From NCBI RefSeq assembly GCF_036971445.1, contig NC_091469.1, positions 189,596,001 through 189,660,000 on the forward strand: a stretch of DNA of 64,000 nt. The letters are read 5' to 3'. The position numbers were made by a program, and so were the translations under genes. This DNA comes from Narcine bancroftii. Lineage: Eukaryota. The notes beneath the pieces are model-generated. The model had not been told where the DNA came from. It did not search any database and saw only the letters and a list, made by a program, of their open reading frames with translations. Below, in pieces: positions 37,690 to 48,759 of this stretch; position 1 is the stretch's first letter, and each line of letters begins with the position of its first letter.

Positions 37690-38292
37690 GAAGACTTTCA
37701 AAGCTTGCAGAGGGATCTGGACCAATTGGAAAAATGGGCCAGAAAATGGCAGATGGAATTTAATGCAGACAAGTGTGAGGTGTTGCATTTGGTAGGACAA
37801 CCCAAGAAAGAACACGGTAAATGGTAGGGCACTGAAGAGTGCAGTAGAAGAGGAATCAGGGAATACAGAAACTTTCCAAAAGTGGCAGCACAGGTAAATA
37901 GGGTTGTAAAGAAAGCTTTTGGTATATTGGCCTTCATTTATCAAAGTATTGAGTATAGGAGTTGGGATGTTATGGTAAAGTTGTATAAGACATTGGTGAG
38001 GCCAAATTATGTGCAATTTTGGTCACCTAACTACAGGAAAGATATCAATAAGATTGACTCTGTATGAAGAAGTTCTCCCCAATGTTCCCCTTAAATTTTC
38101 ACAGAGAGTGGTGGGAGTGTGGAACGAGCTGCCAGCTGCAGTGGTGAATGCGGGTTCAATTTTAACATTTAAGAAGTATTTGGACAGATACATGGATGGG
38201 AGGGCTATGGACTGGGTGCAGGACAGTGGGATGAGGCACAGACTAGAAGGGCTGAAGGGCCTGTTTCTATGCTGTAATGTTCTATGGTTCTA
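37690..38292 (+). mobile_element. CR1 LINE 3' fragment with internal deletion and micro-inversion
   Basis: KWARKWQMEFNADKCEVLH, VVKKAFGILAFI, SQRVVGVWNELP. Tail CCTGTTTCTATGCTGTAATGTTCTATGGTTCTA. Confidence 0.9.
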
Positions 38293-40299
38293 AATCCCTG
38301 TGTCTGCTATTTGGATGTAGCATTAATTCGGCCACAACATCCCCAAATTAATGTGGGTAAAGCCAACATAATTATTGACACCTGTGGTCTAAGGACAAGG
38401 TCAGCATTTCTTATATTTCTTCTTATCATTGAGTAGCTTAGTTATTGATGTAAACAAGTGACAATAACTAAGGTTCTTGGAGAGCATAAGGAAAAGGTTG
38501 CTTTTGGAAAGTGCAAATGGACAAGGCCAAAATAAGCCAAGGAATGATTTCACCTGACCTCTAACCTTGACTGTACTAATTACTACTTTATGAAGCAATT
38601 CTTCATTGGATGTCAAAAGTGGCCTGGAGAGGGCAGAAGGTTAATTAACCAATATTCCCAATGTTAGTAATGATTAACTAATTAAAAGATTCTGTAATCA
38701 TTGAAGCCGATAGCCATGGAAGTTGAGGAGGTATCCAATTAACAAGCCAAGGCCAAATTATAATTTGTAGCAACTGAAACTGGTCTCTTGATAATTTATG
38801 TGCCAGAGTCATTGCTCAGAATGAATGAAGCAGCTTTCCAAAAAACAAAATATCCATTTGTAAACTTAATTAGAAGGGTTTCTCCTGCCATAATGTGGGG
38901 ATTGAATTTCCAAGGTGATACCAATGTCTCATTTAGAATCCGTTTATCCAGGTTCTTGGAATTCCCTGCCAAAACTATGGGAGGAATCAGTTGACCTTCA
39001 GGGAAATTCTGCCTCTTTCCCTCTGCACAAAACCCTTAATGGACAACCCCATCACCTCAGACATCTTCTTAGTCCACAGATGTGGTTCAATTCCCATCTT
39101 CATTCTGCTACTGATATGACTGGGCCTTATTTTTAGAGTAAAGACCCTTATCATTCCATCACTGGTTCTTGTACTACAGTATCCTTGGATTATTGGATTA
39201 ACACTTCTGAATTCTATCCTTAAGCCTCTCCCTCTTGCTCCTTGTATCTTCGATTAAAATAGTCCTTAATGAACTACCTATTTGGCTAACTACCTTAACA
39301 TTTTTGCATGTGGCTTGATGCCAAATGCTTTGAAGGGCAATGTTAAAGGTACTGTATTTAAAATGTGTAATGATGGAGAGCAATAACTGACCTTATCAGA
39401 ATGAAAGTAAGGTATAATGTAACTTACTTTTGAGATGAGGGTTGATGTCTTAGAGTGAGGATTGAGCGGATAGAGCCTTATTATCAGGTGTCCCGCAGTC
39501 TGACCAATATATTGGCAAGGTTAAAAGCAATGCATCCAGAATAAGGGCTTGGAGAAGGATTTCCAAAACATTGCTGCTCAACCACAGTCCCAACACTTAT
39601 TCAGAGAAAGAGAGTCCTCCTTATGTTCCTGTCATTCCCTTTTCTGGAGAAGTTTCTTACTCATGGTGATGGGCTGGGGAATTTTAATTTTGTCTGCTGC
39701 TTTCTTCAATGCAGGAACAATAGAATGGTGTCAATAAAGAACAAAGTGAAATGCTGCAAATTCTCATTTGGGCAGGCTGGAGAGGGAGAAAGCAGCATAG
39801 TTAACAATTCTGAATAGTTCTGATCTTTCATCAAAAATAAGACAGAAACAAAACAAATTGTTAGTTGTGGGGAAGGTGAGGAGGATTGGGGAGAATGAAA
39901 GGAGGGTTTATGCTGCGGTGACTGGGCTCCAGAAGTTGTCATTACGAGCAACTCAGAAACTGCTCATGCAGCCATTGACAGTCACTCCTGTTTCTTCTTT
40001 CACTCTGACAAAGGGCTCATTCACCTTCCTGGGTTTCCTCAATCAGAGGATCCATGCCTTTGTAAGGAATCTTTTATTGGCCTAGTTTGTGTACTTAACA
40101 CCTTGTTTTCCAGGATTTTCTTTTTAATTGTTAAATTAAAAGAAGAATGCTGGATTTGAGAAATGAAGAGGAAAGCATTTCTGTAATTTTAAATCTACTT
40201 GACAGAACCCCCGCCCCCTACCAACTTTTAGAGCAGGCTGGAGGAGATCAGTTAGATTATTGGGGACATTAGGACATCTCTTGAAAGATTTGGGGAATT

Positions 40300-40560
40300 A
40301 ATACAAGTTTATGAGAGGCAGAGATAGGCTGGACAACCAGAACCTTTTTCCCAAGGCAGCAATAGGATATCTGTTTAAGCTAAGTGGAGGAAAGTTTAGA
40401 GGAGATTACACAAGTAGTTTTTTTAAAAACAGAGTGGTGGGTGCCTGGAATACATTGCAGGTGGTAGTGATGGAGGCTGATACAATAGGAACTCTAGATG
40501 GGCATATGGATATTAGAAAAATGTAGTGTTTTGGGCTGTGAACAAGTGAAGGGCTAAATT
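40300..40560 (+). mobile_element. CR1 LINE 3' fragment
   Basis: ORF 40311-40526 MRGRDRLDNQNLFP...RVVGAWNTL. Confidence 0.8.
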
Positions 40561-41709
40561 GATGTCAGTTCCTCAACATCCCAGTTCATGCAAGCTTGAG
40601 GGTAGCAATATGATGTTGAGAAAGAGAAAAACAGAGAGATGGCGAGAACAGAGCGATCATGAAATAAAAGCAAAAAGTTGAGGGCAATTGATAAATTGAA
40701 AGTTCACCAGTCATGTTCCTAATTGTCTCTGTCAAGGGATGTGGGAGAGAAATTCTCAGGTTTTTCTCAGATCATGAAGAAGAAGTTTAAAGATTTTGAC
40801 AATGTATTTGATAGGGTAAGTGATGGACATCTATGATCTCAAAGCAGAGATGTTCCAAGGGTTGAGGCTGAACAATGGGAACAGGAATGCAGGACCACCA
40901 GCTTTGCTGGTGTTCAGAGTCAAGCAGTAAAGCTGCAATGGGAACTGTGACCTTTCATGTCACTCATATTGAAGGTCCATCAGTGTTTGGTTTTCAAGCC
41001 GATGAGTGTAAATACAGAACTACTGAGAACTCCTGTCACTGCTAGATGCCAACAGAATATCCAACACACTGCTGAGTGCCCAATGCAAATGGCAAACAAT
41101 TGGACACGAGGCCAAAGGTTCATTTCAGAAAAGAAATAACAGACTTCACAGTTTCTGACTTAAAAACAGGGCCCTGACGAGGATGACCCTTGTAAATCTT
41201 TATCCGTGTCAGTAAATATTGGCAGTCCTCATCAACCCAGAATTTGCAGTCCTCAAGGGAGCAATGGTTTCACAGTCAGAGCTGCTCAAAAAATCTTCAG
41301 CCCCAGAACCAGTCCATTCTTGGAGATGAAAATTGACATTTCAGCTTGAACTCAGCTAACCACCCCACCGTCCCCCCCCCCCCCAACCCGCAATCACACT
41401 AATGGCCTCAGCATAAGGGTTCTAGGCCTGATAGGTCCCTATATTGTACACTAACTGTCTGTGTCATTGCTGGAATTTTTGATGCAGTGAAACTAAATCC
41501 AAGGCTCAGGACTAACTGGAAACTTTGTCAGTGGCAACACCGTGACAGGATTTGTTTGGTGTTTGAATCCCGTGATGAGGCTATAAAACCTTTAACAGGC
41601 ATGTGGAGCACTGGGATTAGCACGTCTGACCTTAGCCTTCTGGTTTCCCATTCCTCATCCTAGCCCCAACAAGTATGTCGTTCTGACTGGAGCACCATAC
41701 CTCTTCAAG

Positions 41710-41900
41710 AGTGGCGCAGGTAGTAGAGGTGCTGCTTCACAATTACGGTGACCTAGTTTCAGTCCCGACCTCCAGAATTGGTTGTGTGAAGTTTGCATGC
41801 TTTTCCTGTGACCACGTGGGTTTCCCCTTGATGCTCAAGACTCATCCCAAAGACCTGTGCATTAGCAAGTAAATTGGCCACTACGAGTTGTTTCTACCAG
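41710..41900 (+). mobile_element. V-SINE (HE1-like)
   Basis: A-box-like GTGGCGCAGG. GTGTGAAGTTTGCATGCTTTTCCTGTGACCACGTGGGTTTCC V-domain. Confidence 0.75.
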
Positions 41901-43120
41901 AAGTGGGTGGTAGAATCAGGTGGGCAGGTGAGTTAATGGGAATAGGGTACATGCAAAATTAGTGAGGAATAGGATTTGCTAATGACTTGATGGCCTGTGT
42001 TGAACAAATGCTATTACTATCCAGGAAGAACGCCTTGTGCTATACTTTTTTGCAATTGTCCTGTTGACAACATGATCCCAAGTGACCACTGATGCAGTAT
42101 CCTGGCTGCAGTAAGCTGGCATTTCTTTCCTGCTTTTTGCTCATCCTGTTTGATAAAGAGGCCAGGGACAGATTTTCAGGTGTCCGGGGTATGAGATTGG
42201 GATGTTGCATCAGATATACTTCACTAAAACATTTTCTCTAAATAGAAATACTTTGTGTGGCCAATTCACAAGGCTGACCACACACCCAAATTTGGACCCT
42301 CTCACCTCCTATCTGGTTGTTTATCACCTCCTTCGACCAGAAATGAAGAAACAAGATGTTGTTGTGGTGTCAAACTGTGCTAATGGAACGTGTGTCAAAA
42401 ATTAGGAAAACTCCTTGCTCTTTAAATTCAAACAGAGTAGGCCCTGCAGCTGGTGTATAAAGGTTTGCAGAATTGACCAGTTCTTTACATCTCATATTGT
42501 CAGTGATTAATTCCATCTTTGTAAATTACACCAAGGAGTCATGAGCCCCCTGGGTAAACAGCAACATATCATCATATAAAGCTGGCTTAGTTTTAATTAA
42601 AAAAATTTCAATTAAAGTCCTTGGAAGTCTTATTAGACACAGTAATTGATTTCACCCGAGTATGGACACATACTGAGCTATTTGTTTTTGATTTTTATTT
42701 TGCTTCGGCAGATTGGATCAGTGGGGAGGGATGAGATGGTTTACTGACTCTGAAGCTTCCCTAGGCTGTGCTGTATAGTCCAGTGAACAACTCCGAATGT
42801 CACGAGCCAGAAGGAGCAGCACCTTTGGAGTTTGAGCTGTTTTCTGTGCTCAAATTAGCCACGTCAGGCCAGGAAAAGAGTTACAGAGAAGTTGAAGCCA
42901 ACTGTGCCAATCCAGTTGTCACACTCCATGTATAAGAATCTGATTGTCTAACCCCTGACATTGCACACAGGATGCAGCATTCCAGAGACCTCTCTCCAGA
43001 AGGCTACACACCAGACCTTCACAACAAATGTCATAAGCAAATCAATGCTCTCCAACTTCAGATGATACCTTTGAGATCATGCACTCCATTTTTAAAATCC
43101 ATCTGGCAGATGTCATCCTC

Positions 43121-43500
43121 CAGATGGTCACTCCCCAGGCACACACCCAGATGTCACTCCCCAAGTACACATCTGGATCTCACTCCCTAGGTGCACACCT
43201 GGATTTCAATCCCCAAGTACACACCCGGATGTCACTCCCCAAGTACACATCTGGATCTCACTCCCTAGGCATACACCAGATGTCACTCCCCAAGTACATA
43301 TCTAGATCTCACTCCCTAGGCACACACCTGGATTTCAATCCCCAAGTACACACCCGGATATCACTCCCCAGGCACACACCCAGACGGTCATTTCCCAGGA
43401 ACACACCCAGATGGTCACACCCCTCCCCCCCCCACCAAAGTGCATACCCGTATGTCACTCCCCAGGCACACACCTGGATGTCACTCTCCAGACATATATC
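43121..43500. repeat. 26-bp minisatellite (~14 units) with higher-order structure
   Basis: Consensus GGATGTCACTCCCCAAGTACACATCT. The ORF track shows a 26-aa (3 x 26 bp) recurrence. Confidence 0.92.
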
Positions 43501-43689
43501 CAGCTGCCACACTACAGATACATATTCAGATATCCCCAGAAAGGAAGATGATAAGCAGAAGGCAATGGAGTGATAGTGTTGGGAAGGAACAGGAGGGGGT
43601 CTTTCCTGCCATTCAATATCATGGCTGACCCCTAGCTTAACTGGATCTGTCAAGTTCAGTTCAGCTCCATTCGGGTAATAATGCAAATA

Positions 43690-44000
43690 TGACAGCTGTG
43701 ATAAAGCAAGGAATTGGGCACCAGAGCAGGAATACCTTGGTGAGACCATATCTTCGTAATGTGTGCTGTTTGAAACAGGAGCATGCCTCCTCTGCCATTC
43801 AGTAAGACTATAGCTGTTCTGGCAGGAGTCTCAGCTCCACTTCCCCACCTCTTCCCCATAAACCATAATTCTCCTATTCTTCAAATATCTATTTTTTGCA
43901 TCAAGACAGCTTCTACTGCTTCGTTGGGCAGAAAATTCCACAGATTCACTACTCTCTAGGAGAAGCAGCTCCTCCTCATCTCTGTCTTAAATCTACATCC
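43690..44000 (-). mobile_element. CR1 LINE 3' fragment
   Basis: CTTCCCCATAAACC...GGCAGAAAATTCCACAGATTCACTACTCTCT...CTCCTCATCTCTGTCTTAAAT, matching 63225-63385. Confidence 0.75.
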
Positions 44001-44371
44001 CACTTTTCAGAAAGGAGGAGAAGCCAGTCTTGGAGAAGGAGGAGGAGAAGCCACTCTTTGAGCAGAGGGAGGAGAAGCCACACCTCGAGAAGAAGGAGGA
44101 CATTCAAGAAGCTTGAAGAAGGTCTCATCTGGAGAAAAAATTCAGTGGAAACTAAGAAATTGAGAAAAAAGGATGACATCTCACAGGAGACAGAGTGAGA
44201 GGGTAGTATCTTTGTGTAGCTGTGGGAGTTGGCTGGTTCATAAAAGATGACAGTGCTAAGACTGTCTCATAAGAAAGAGAGAGAAATGGGAAGTGGGGGA
44301 GCTGTCTAACTCCTCGTATGGCTCCACTTATCACTTTCCAGCCTAGATCTTGTTCCATTATCCGCTTCTCC

Positions 44372-44596
44372 ATCTGATTCCAACATCCCCTTCTCCACCT
44401 AGTTCCAACATCCCCCTCTCCTCCTGGTTCCAACATCCCCCTCTCCACCTGGTTCCAACATCCCCCTCTCCACCTGGTTCCAACATCCCCCTCTCCACCT
44501 GGTTCCAACATCCCCCTCTCCACCTGGTTCCCCCACCTGGTTCCAACATCCCCCTCTCCACCTGGTCCCAACGTCCCCCTCTCCACCTGGTTCCAC
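44372..44596. repeat. 25-bp minisatellite (~9 units)
   Basis: Unit GGTTCCAACATCCCCCTCTCCACCT, with several perfect copies and one internally deleted unit near 44526-44538. Confidence 0.95.
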
Positions 44597-45142
44597 TCAC
44601 ATCTACCATCTCTATTTCACCCCATCCTACCCAGTATTATTACATATTGCCAGTCTTTCCTATTCCTTCTCAGGGTCTCAACCTAAAATATCGACTGACA
44701 TCCTCTGGCACCTCCTGAGTTCTTCTGGCATTCTACTTTTGTTACAGGAAGAAAAGCTGAGGACAATATGATCAAGAGGGACTGGGGCAGCTGTTGTATG
44801 AAAAGTCTACATATCGCTGCACTGTACAATATACACCTGGGGAAGGATGTTCACCCACTCTGAATACATCGACTTCTCAGTACATAAAGTATATTCCAGT
44901 AATGAGGCACCAAGAAAGCTCACAGCACATTGTTTATAAAAATAATACCATGATTAAATATACATTAAACTGTGAGAACCTGACACCACCATGGCGTAAG
45001 TTTGGGATTTACTGTATTTCTCTGCTACTTGAAACTGTGGCTGTTCAGCACCCCCTGCTGACATTTAGCAGTCATTGAACATTTACAAACCATTCCCTTA
45101 CTGCTTGTCAAAAAGCAAAGAAAAGCAAATGAAAATGTTGTT

Positions 45143-45335
45143 AAAAACTGCAGATGCTGGAAATCTGAAAGACAAATGGGAAATGGTGGAAATACTTGAC
45201 AGATTGAGGAGCATTTGTGGAGTGAGAAGTTGATGCCGTATTATCCACTAGAAACATTAGCTGTTTTACTCTCTCCATGGATCCAGGAAAACTTCCAGCA
45301 TTTTCCAGTATATTTCTGTCATCTCTTGATTTCTG
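45143..45335. mobile_element. Inverted pair of Penelope-tail-derived short repeats (MITE-like)
   Basis: Left arm CTGCAGATGCTGGAAATCTG...GCATTTGTGGAG. Right arm CTCTCCATGGAT...CCAGCATTTT. Both are orientations of the tail also seen at 13065, 22050, 33860 and 51925. Confidence 0.5.
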
Positions 45336-45689
45336 TTGGAAACTGTAAAATAGCAGTTTCCCAGTGTTCTTCTTTTCTTTTCTCAAGTCTCTGATTTATC
45401 CTAAGGAAAGGACGTAAGGAAATAGTACATTAGTAGCACATTCAGCCCTCACATCTGCCCCATCATTCAATAGGATCATAGCTGATCTGCTCAGACCTCA
45501 GCACCTCTGCTATGTCAGACTGGCAGCAAGGCCAACCTCTTCCTCGTCTCATCAGGACAAAATAAGACACATGCTCACAGATGAATCTCTATCCCAGCCA
45601 CACACCCACACACATATGTGCATTCAACCTACAAACTCACAACCTCCTAATTGATAAAATTCTGGGGTTTTTTTTCCTGCTTATAACCC

Positions 45690-46820
45690 TCCCATATTGC
45701 AGTAATGAAACAACTCTTGTCAAGGTCACACATCTTTCCATGGAATGTGATCATCTTCCCTATAGATCTGCTGCCTTTCCCATGGCTGAGGACATCAACC
45801 TCCTCTTGTGTCTCTCTGCCCTCTAGAACTACACATTCCTGGTTCCAATCATATCATCCTGCTGTCGCCAGAGAATCACTCGCTGTCTTCCCACGTCTGC
45901 ATGCTATCTCTAGTGCCTTCTATACTTGGCATCCTGTTTCTCACCTGCATGCTATTCGTCAGCATCATCACCCTACCACAGCACTAGTCCATGTATTCAT
46001 CATTCAGCTCTGCCTCGCTATCTCTCTTAACCCTTTGTTATCTCTGGAACTACTCATCCTCAAACTGCATGTGCCATATTTGATCCTGAAAGAGCAAAAC
46101 TTTATCAAGAAGAGAAACAAGGTCTTCAGTCATATCCGCATCCATCCAATCAACTCTGGAAGCAATTGTCCCCAAGATCAATTTCTTTATTAAGACTATA
46201 CTGATTAGATCACATGTCTCAAGCCTGGCTTCACCATACCACTGCTAAATGATTCATCTGTGCTTTCTTTACCTCTTTCTTTTAGCTATTTTAACACAGC
46301 TCTGACTGTCTCCCATCTCCCACCACCCATATCCAAAGTTCAGTGTTTTAACTCATACTATCTGTTCACTGATGCCTGTTGACCTACACTGATTCCAGGT
46401 TACTTGCACCTTATTTGAACATTCTCAGCATTGTTTTTAAACTCGCCATGGTCTTGCTCCATTCCCATATCCATCCCTCCTTCAACCCCTAATCCAAGAT
46501 CTCGGTTTTCCTCTGCCTTCTCAAAAGTTCATGATTTTAATCCTTCCATTGGCAGCCATACCTGGGTCCCTGAATTCAGGAATGACTACCCTAAAACTCT
46601 CCAGCTCTTTCTACCCTCTTTTAAGTCGCTCCTTAAAACTTGTGCTTTTGGACACTGACCTGTTTTCTCCTGATATGGCTCACTGCATTGAGAGCATTTG
46701 ATGCAAACAACTAACTAATTTGGGTGATTACACCAGTTTTGTCTGCCAATATTCCTGTGAAGACCTTGGGTTAATTTTGTTCCATGTCAAGACGTTACAT
46801 GGATATCACTGTTGTTAGAT
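45690..46820 (+). mobile_element. L2 LINE remnant, old
   Basis: SNETTLVKVT...DLSAAF-like RT start at 45700-45800. L2-type 3' end CTCCTTAAAACT...TTTTG and TGTGAAGACCTTGGG tail. Confidence 0.6.
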
Positions 46821-47024
46821 GAATTGGTTGAATTCAACATTTGAATTCACATTCCCAACTGTCAGAACATTGTCCCATCTCTTCAATAATCAAAAAGGCT
46901 CATTGTGGAAATGACTCATAGATGAATGAAGTATGTCAGTTACTACAATTAAATTCAATACCCGAGTTTTGATAGAGCCTTTAATATCATAAAATATTCC
47001 AAGGAGCTTCAAAGAAGTACTATA

Positions 47025-47262
47025 CGGTTGGTATAGCGGTTAGCACAATGCCTTTGCAGTGTCGGCGATCGGGTCCAGACTAGGGTTCAAATCCTGCGCT
47101 GCCTTATAAGGAGTTTGTATGTTCTCCCGTTGTCTGGATGTGTTTTCTCCTGGGGCTCCGGTTTCTTTCTACCGTTCAAAACGTACCAGCGATGCAGGTT
47201 AATGGGCACGGGTTCATGTTCCAAAATGCCCTGCTACCCTCCTGTATGTCTAAATTTAAAAT
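47025..47262 (+). mobile_element. V-SINE (HE1-like), relatively intact
   Basis: A-box GGTATAGCGGTTAG, B-box GGTTCAAATCC, V-domain GGAGTTTGTATGTTCTCCCG...GGCTCCGGTTTC, A-rich tail. Confidence 0.85.
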
Positions 47263-47420
47263 AAAAATATTCAAAATGTGATACCTGCAACATAAAGAGA
47301 TACTGGGTTACTGACTCATAGAGATACAATTTTAGAGACGGTCTCCTAGTATTTTTCATGCTTATAATAACAAAGATAATTTTTTTAAATGGTATTAATT
47401 AGTGACTGGATGCAGTAAAC

Positions 47421-47637
47421 TGGGATGGACAAACCACGTCTCGTGAGCCACATGTGGCTCTTTGACCTATAATGTGCAGCTCGCAGAAATATGTTGGCTG
47501 AGACAGAAATCGTACGAGCTGGTGCTCACAATGGTACTGTTAGTGGACCTGGCTTATAATCGTGCGATTGTTTCATCTATCAAACATCTAAAGTTTATCG
47601 AATGTGGCTCTTACATTAAGCAGGTTTGGCCATCCTG
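47421..47637. mobile_element. hAT MITE (217 bp)
   Basis: TIRs TGGGATGGACAAACC / GGTTTGGCCATCCTG (12/15). Flanks CAGTAAAC / CAGTATAT (6/8). Subterminal ATGTGGCTCTT repeats. Confidence 0.75.
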
Positions 47638-47684
47638 CAGTATATGTTCCACTCATTTAATTATGGGTAGTGTTAGGTTGACCA

Positions 47685-47972
47685 TTAGAACCATAGGATA
47701 CTACAGCACCGAAACTGGCCTCTTTGACCCTTCTAGTCTATTCCAAACTATTTTTTTTGCCTAGTCCCAATGATCTGTACCCTCATATTACTCCATACCT
47801 CTCCTATCCATGTACCTGTCCAAATTCTTCTTAAATGTTAAAGTTGAGCCTGCATTCACCCTTCAGCCGGCAGCTCATTCCACGTTCACACAGCTCTTTG
47901 TGTGAAGAAGTTCCCCCTAAACTTTTCCCTTTTCACTTTTAACCCATGTCCTCTGGTTTGTATCTCACCTAT
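47685..47972 (-). mobile_element. CR1 LINE 3' end, cut by an LTR insertion
   Basis: TAGAACCATAGGATACTACAGCACCGAAACTGGCC tail. TGTGTGAAGAAGTTCCCCCTAAACTTTTCCC. Confidence 0.85.
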
Positions 47973-48600
47973 TGTGTGTGGAGGAAACGTGGCCTCCCTG
48001 CTTGTCTGGAATGTGTGTACTGAGGGAGTTCACATGTCCTACCTGTCTGAAATGTATTTGGAGGTCACATCACCTGTCAGTCAAGGTTGGACTCTGGTCA
48101 CTAATTGGTGGACACCTTGTCGTTGGCTAACTAAATCACCTAGGGTCATTATTGGCTAGCAGCACAGATTAACACTGTATATAACACCAACACACAGCAC
48201 ATTCTTTCTCTCTGCCTTGTGGTCCAAGCCCCAGACATTGTTCCATGCCAGGTTGCTAATGTGGACGTCGCGGGTATACTGAACCTGAGCCGTAGTGTTG
48301 TGATAGATCAATACTTACAATAGAGTCGCACCCCCATTGATCAGGGAACCGGGAGCGTGTGTAAGAGTCCCTGTTAATAGTGTGTGTGGGGTCGAATATA
48401 CATTTACCATTGTTGGAGTTTAACTAATGTCCAAGGTGAATGCCTGAGCCGTTGCCTAAGTGAATTAGCAATTGAGTACCGTTTAATATTCTCATCTGTT
48501 GGTTTCCCATGTGTTAATAAAAGTTACATGTGATTGTGACACGTGTCCAGGCTCATCTCTCTGTGAACCCATTGAACCTGATACGCTTCTCAACACAACA
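47973..48600 (+). mobile_element. 5' LTR of an ERV-like element (628 bp)
   Basis: TG...CA termini, TATATAA ~48178, AATAAA 48516-48521. Immediately followed by AT + TGGTGCTGTGA. Confidence 0.85.
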
Positions 48601-48602
48601 AT

Positions 48603-48620
48603 TGGTGCTGTGAGCAAGGT
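48603..48620 (+). promoter_or_regulatory. Primer-binding site, tRNA-His-like
   Basis: TGGTGCTGTGAGCAAGGT, 2 bp after the LTR. First 11 nt match the tRNA-His complement TGGTGCCGTGA at 10/11. Confidence 0.6.
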
Positions 48621-48759
48621 TCAAAGAGTTATGACTGGACACATGTGGAGTTTTAACCATGTGAGAAATTGTATTAATAATTGTGTGTGTGTGGGCGTCC
48701 TACTGATTGTGCAATTGCTCACCAACAGGGACCCCATCACTGATTTCAGAAACGGGGGC

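Noticed and set aside
41170-41235. CTGACGA-containing imperfect hairpin as a ribozyme
   Set aside because: No GAAA after a stem II and only short pairing; compatible with chance.
43896-44198. Arg/Ser-rich ORF resembling an SR protein or protamine
   Set aside because: Starts within an antisense CR1 fragment and gets its composition from short AGGAGGAGAAGCCA repeats.
43079-44718. Repeat arrays as CRISPR arrays or repeat-protein genes (ORFs 43079-43573, 44152-44586)
   Set aside because: Units are contiguous with no unique spacers, there are no cas genes and the context is eukaryotic. The ORFs are by-products of 25/26-bp periodicity.
47025-47100. tRNA gene (A/B boxes)
   Set aside because: It is the tRNA-derived head of a V-SINE: no cloverleaf, and it is followed by the V-domain.
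20724-48600. The two related LTRs as ends of one 28-kb provirus
   Set aside because: The PBS and gag follow the downstream LTR, the LTRs are diverged, and each interrupts a different CR1.
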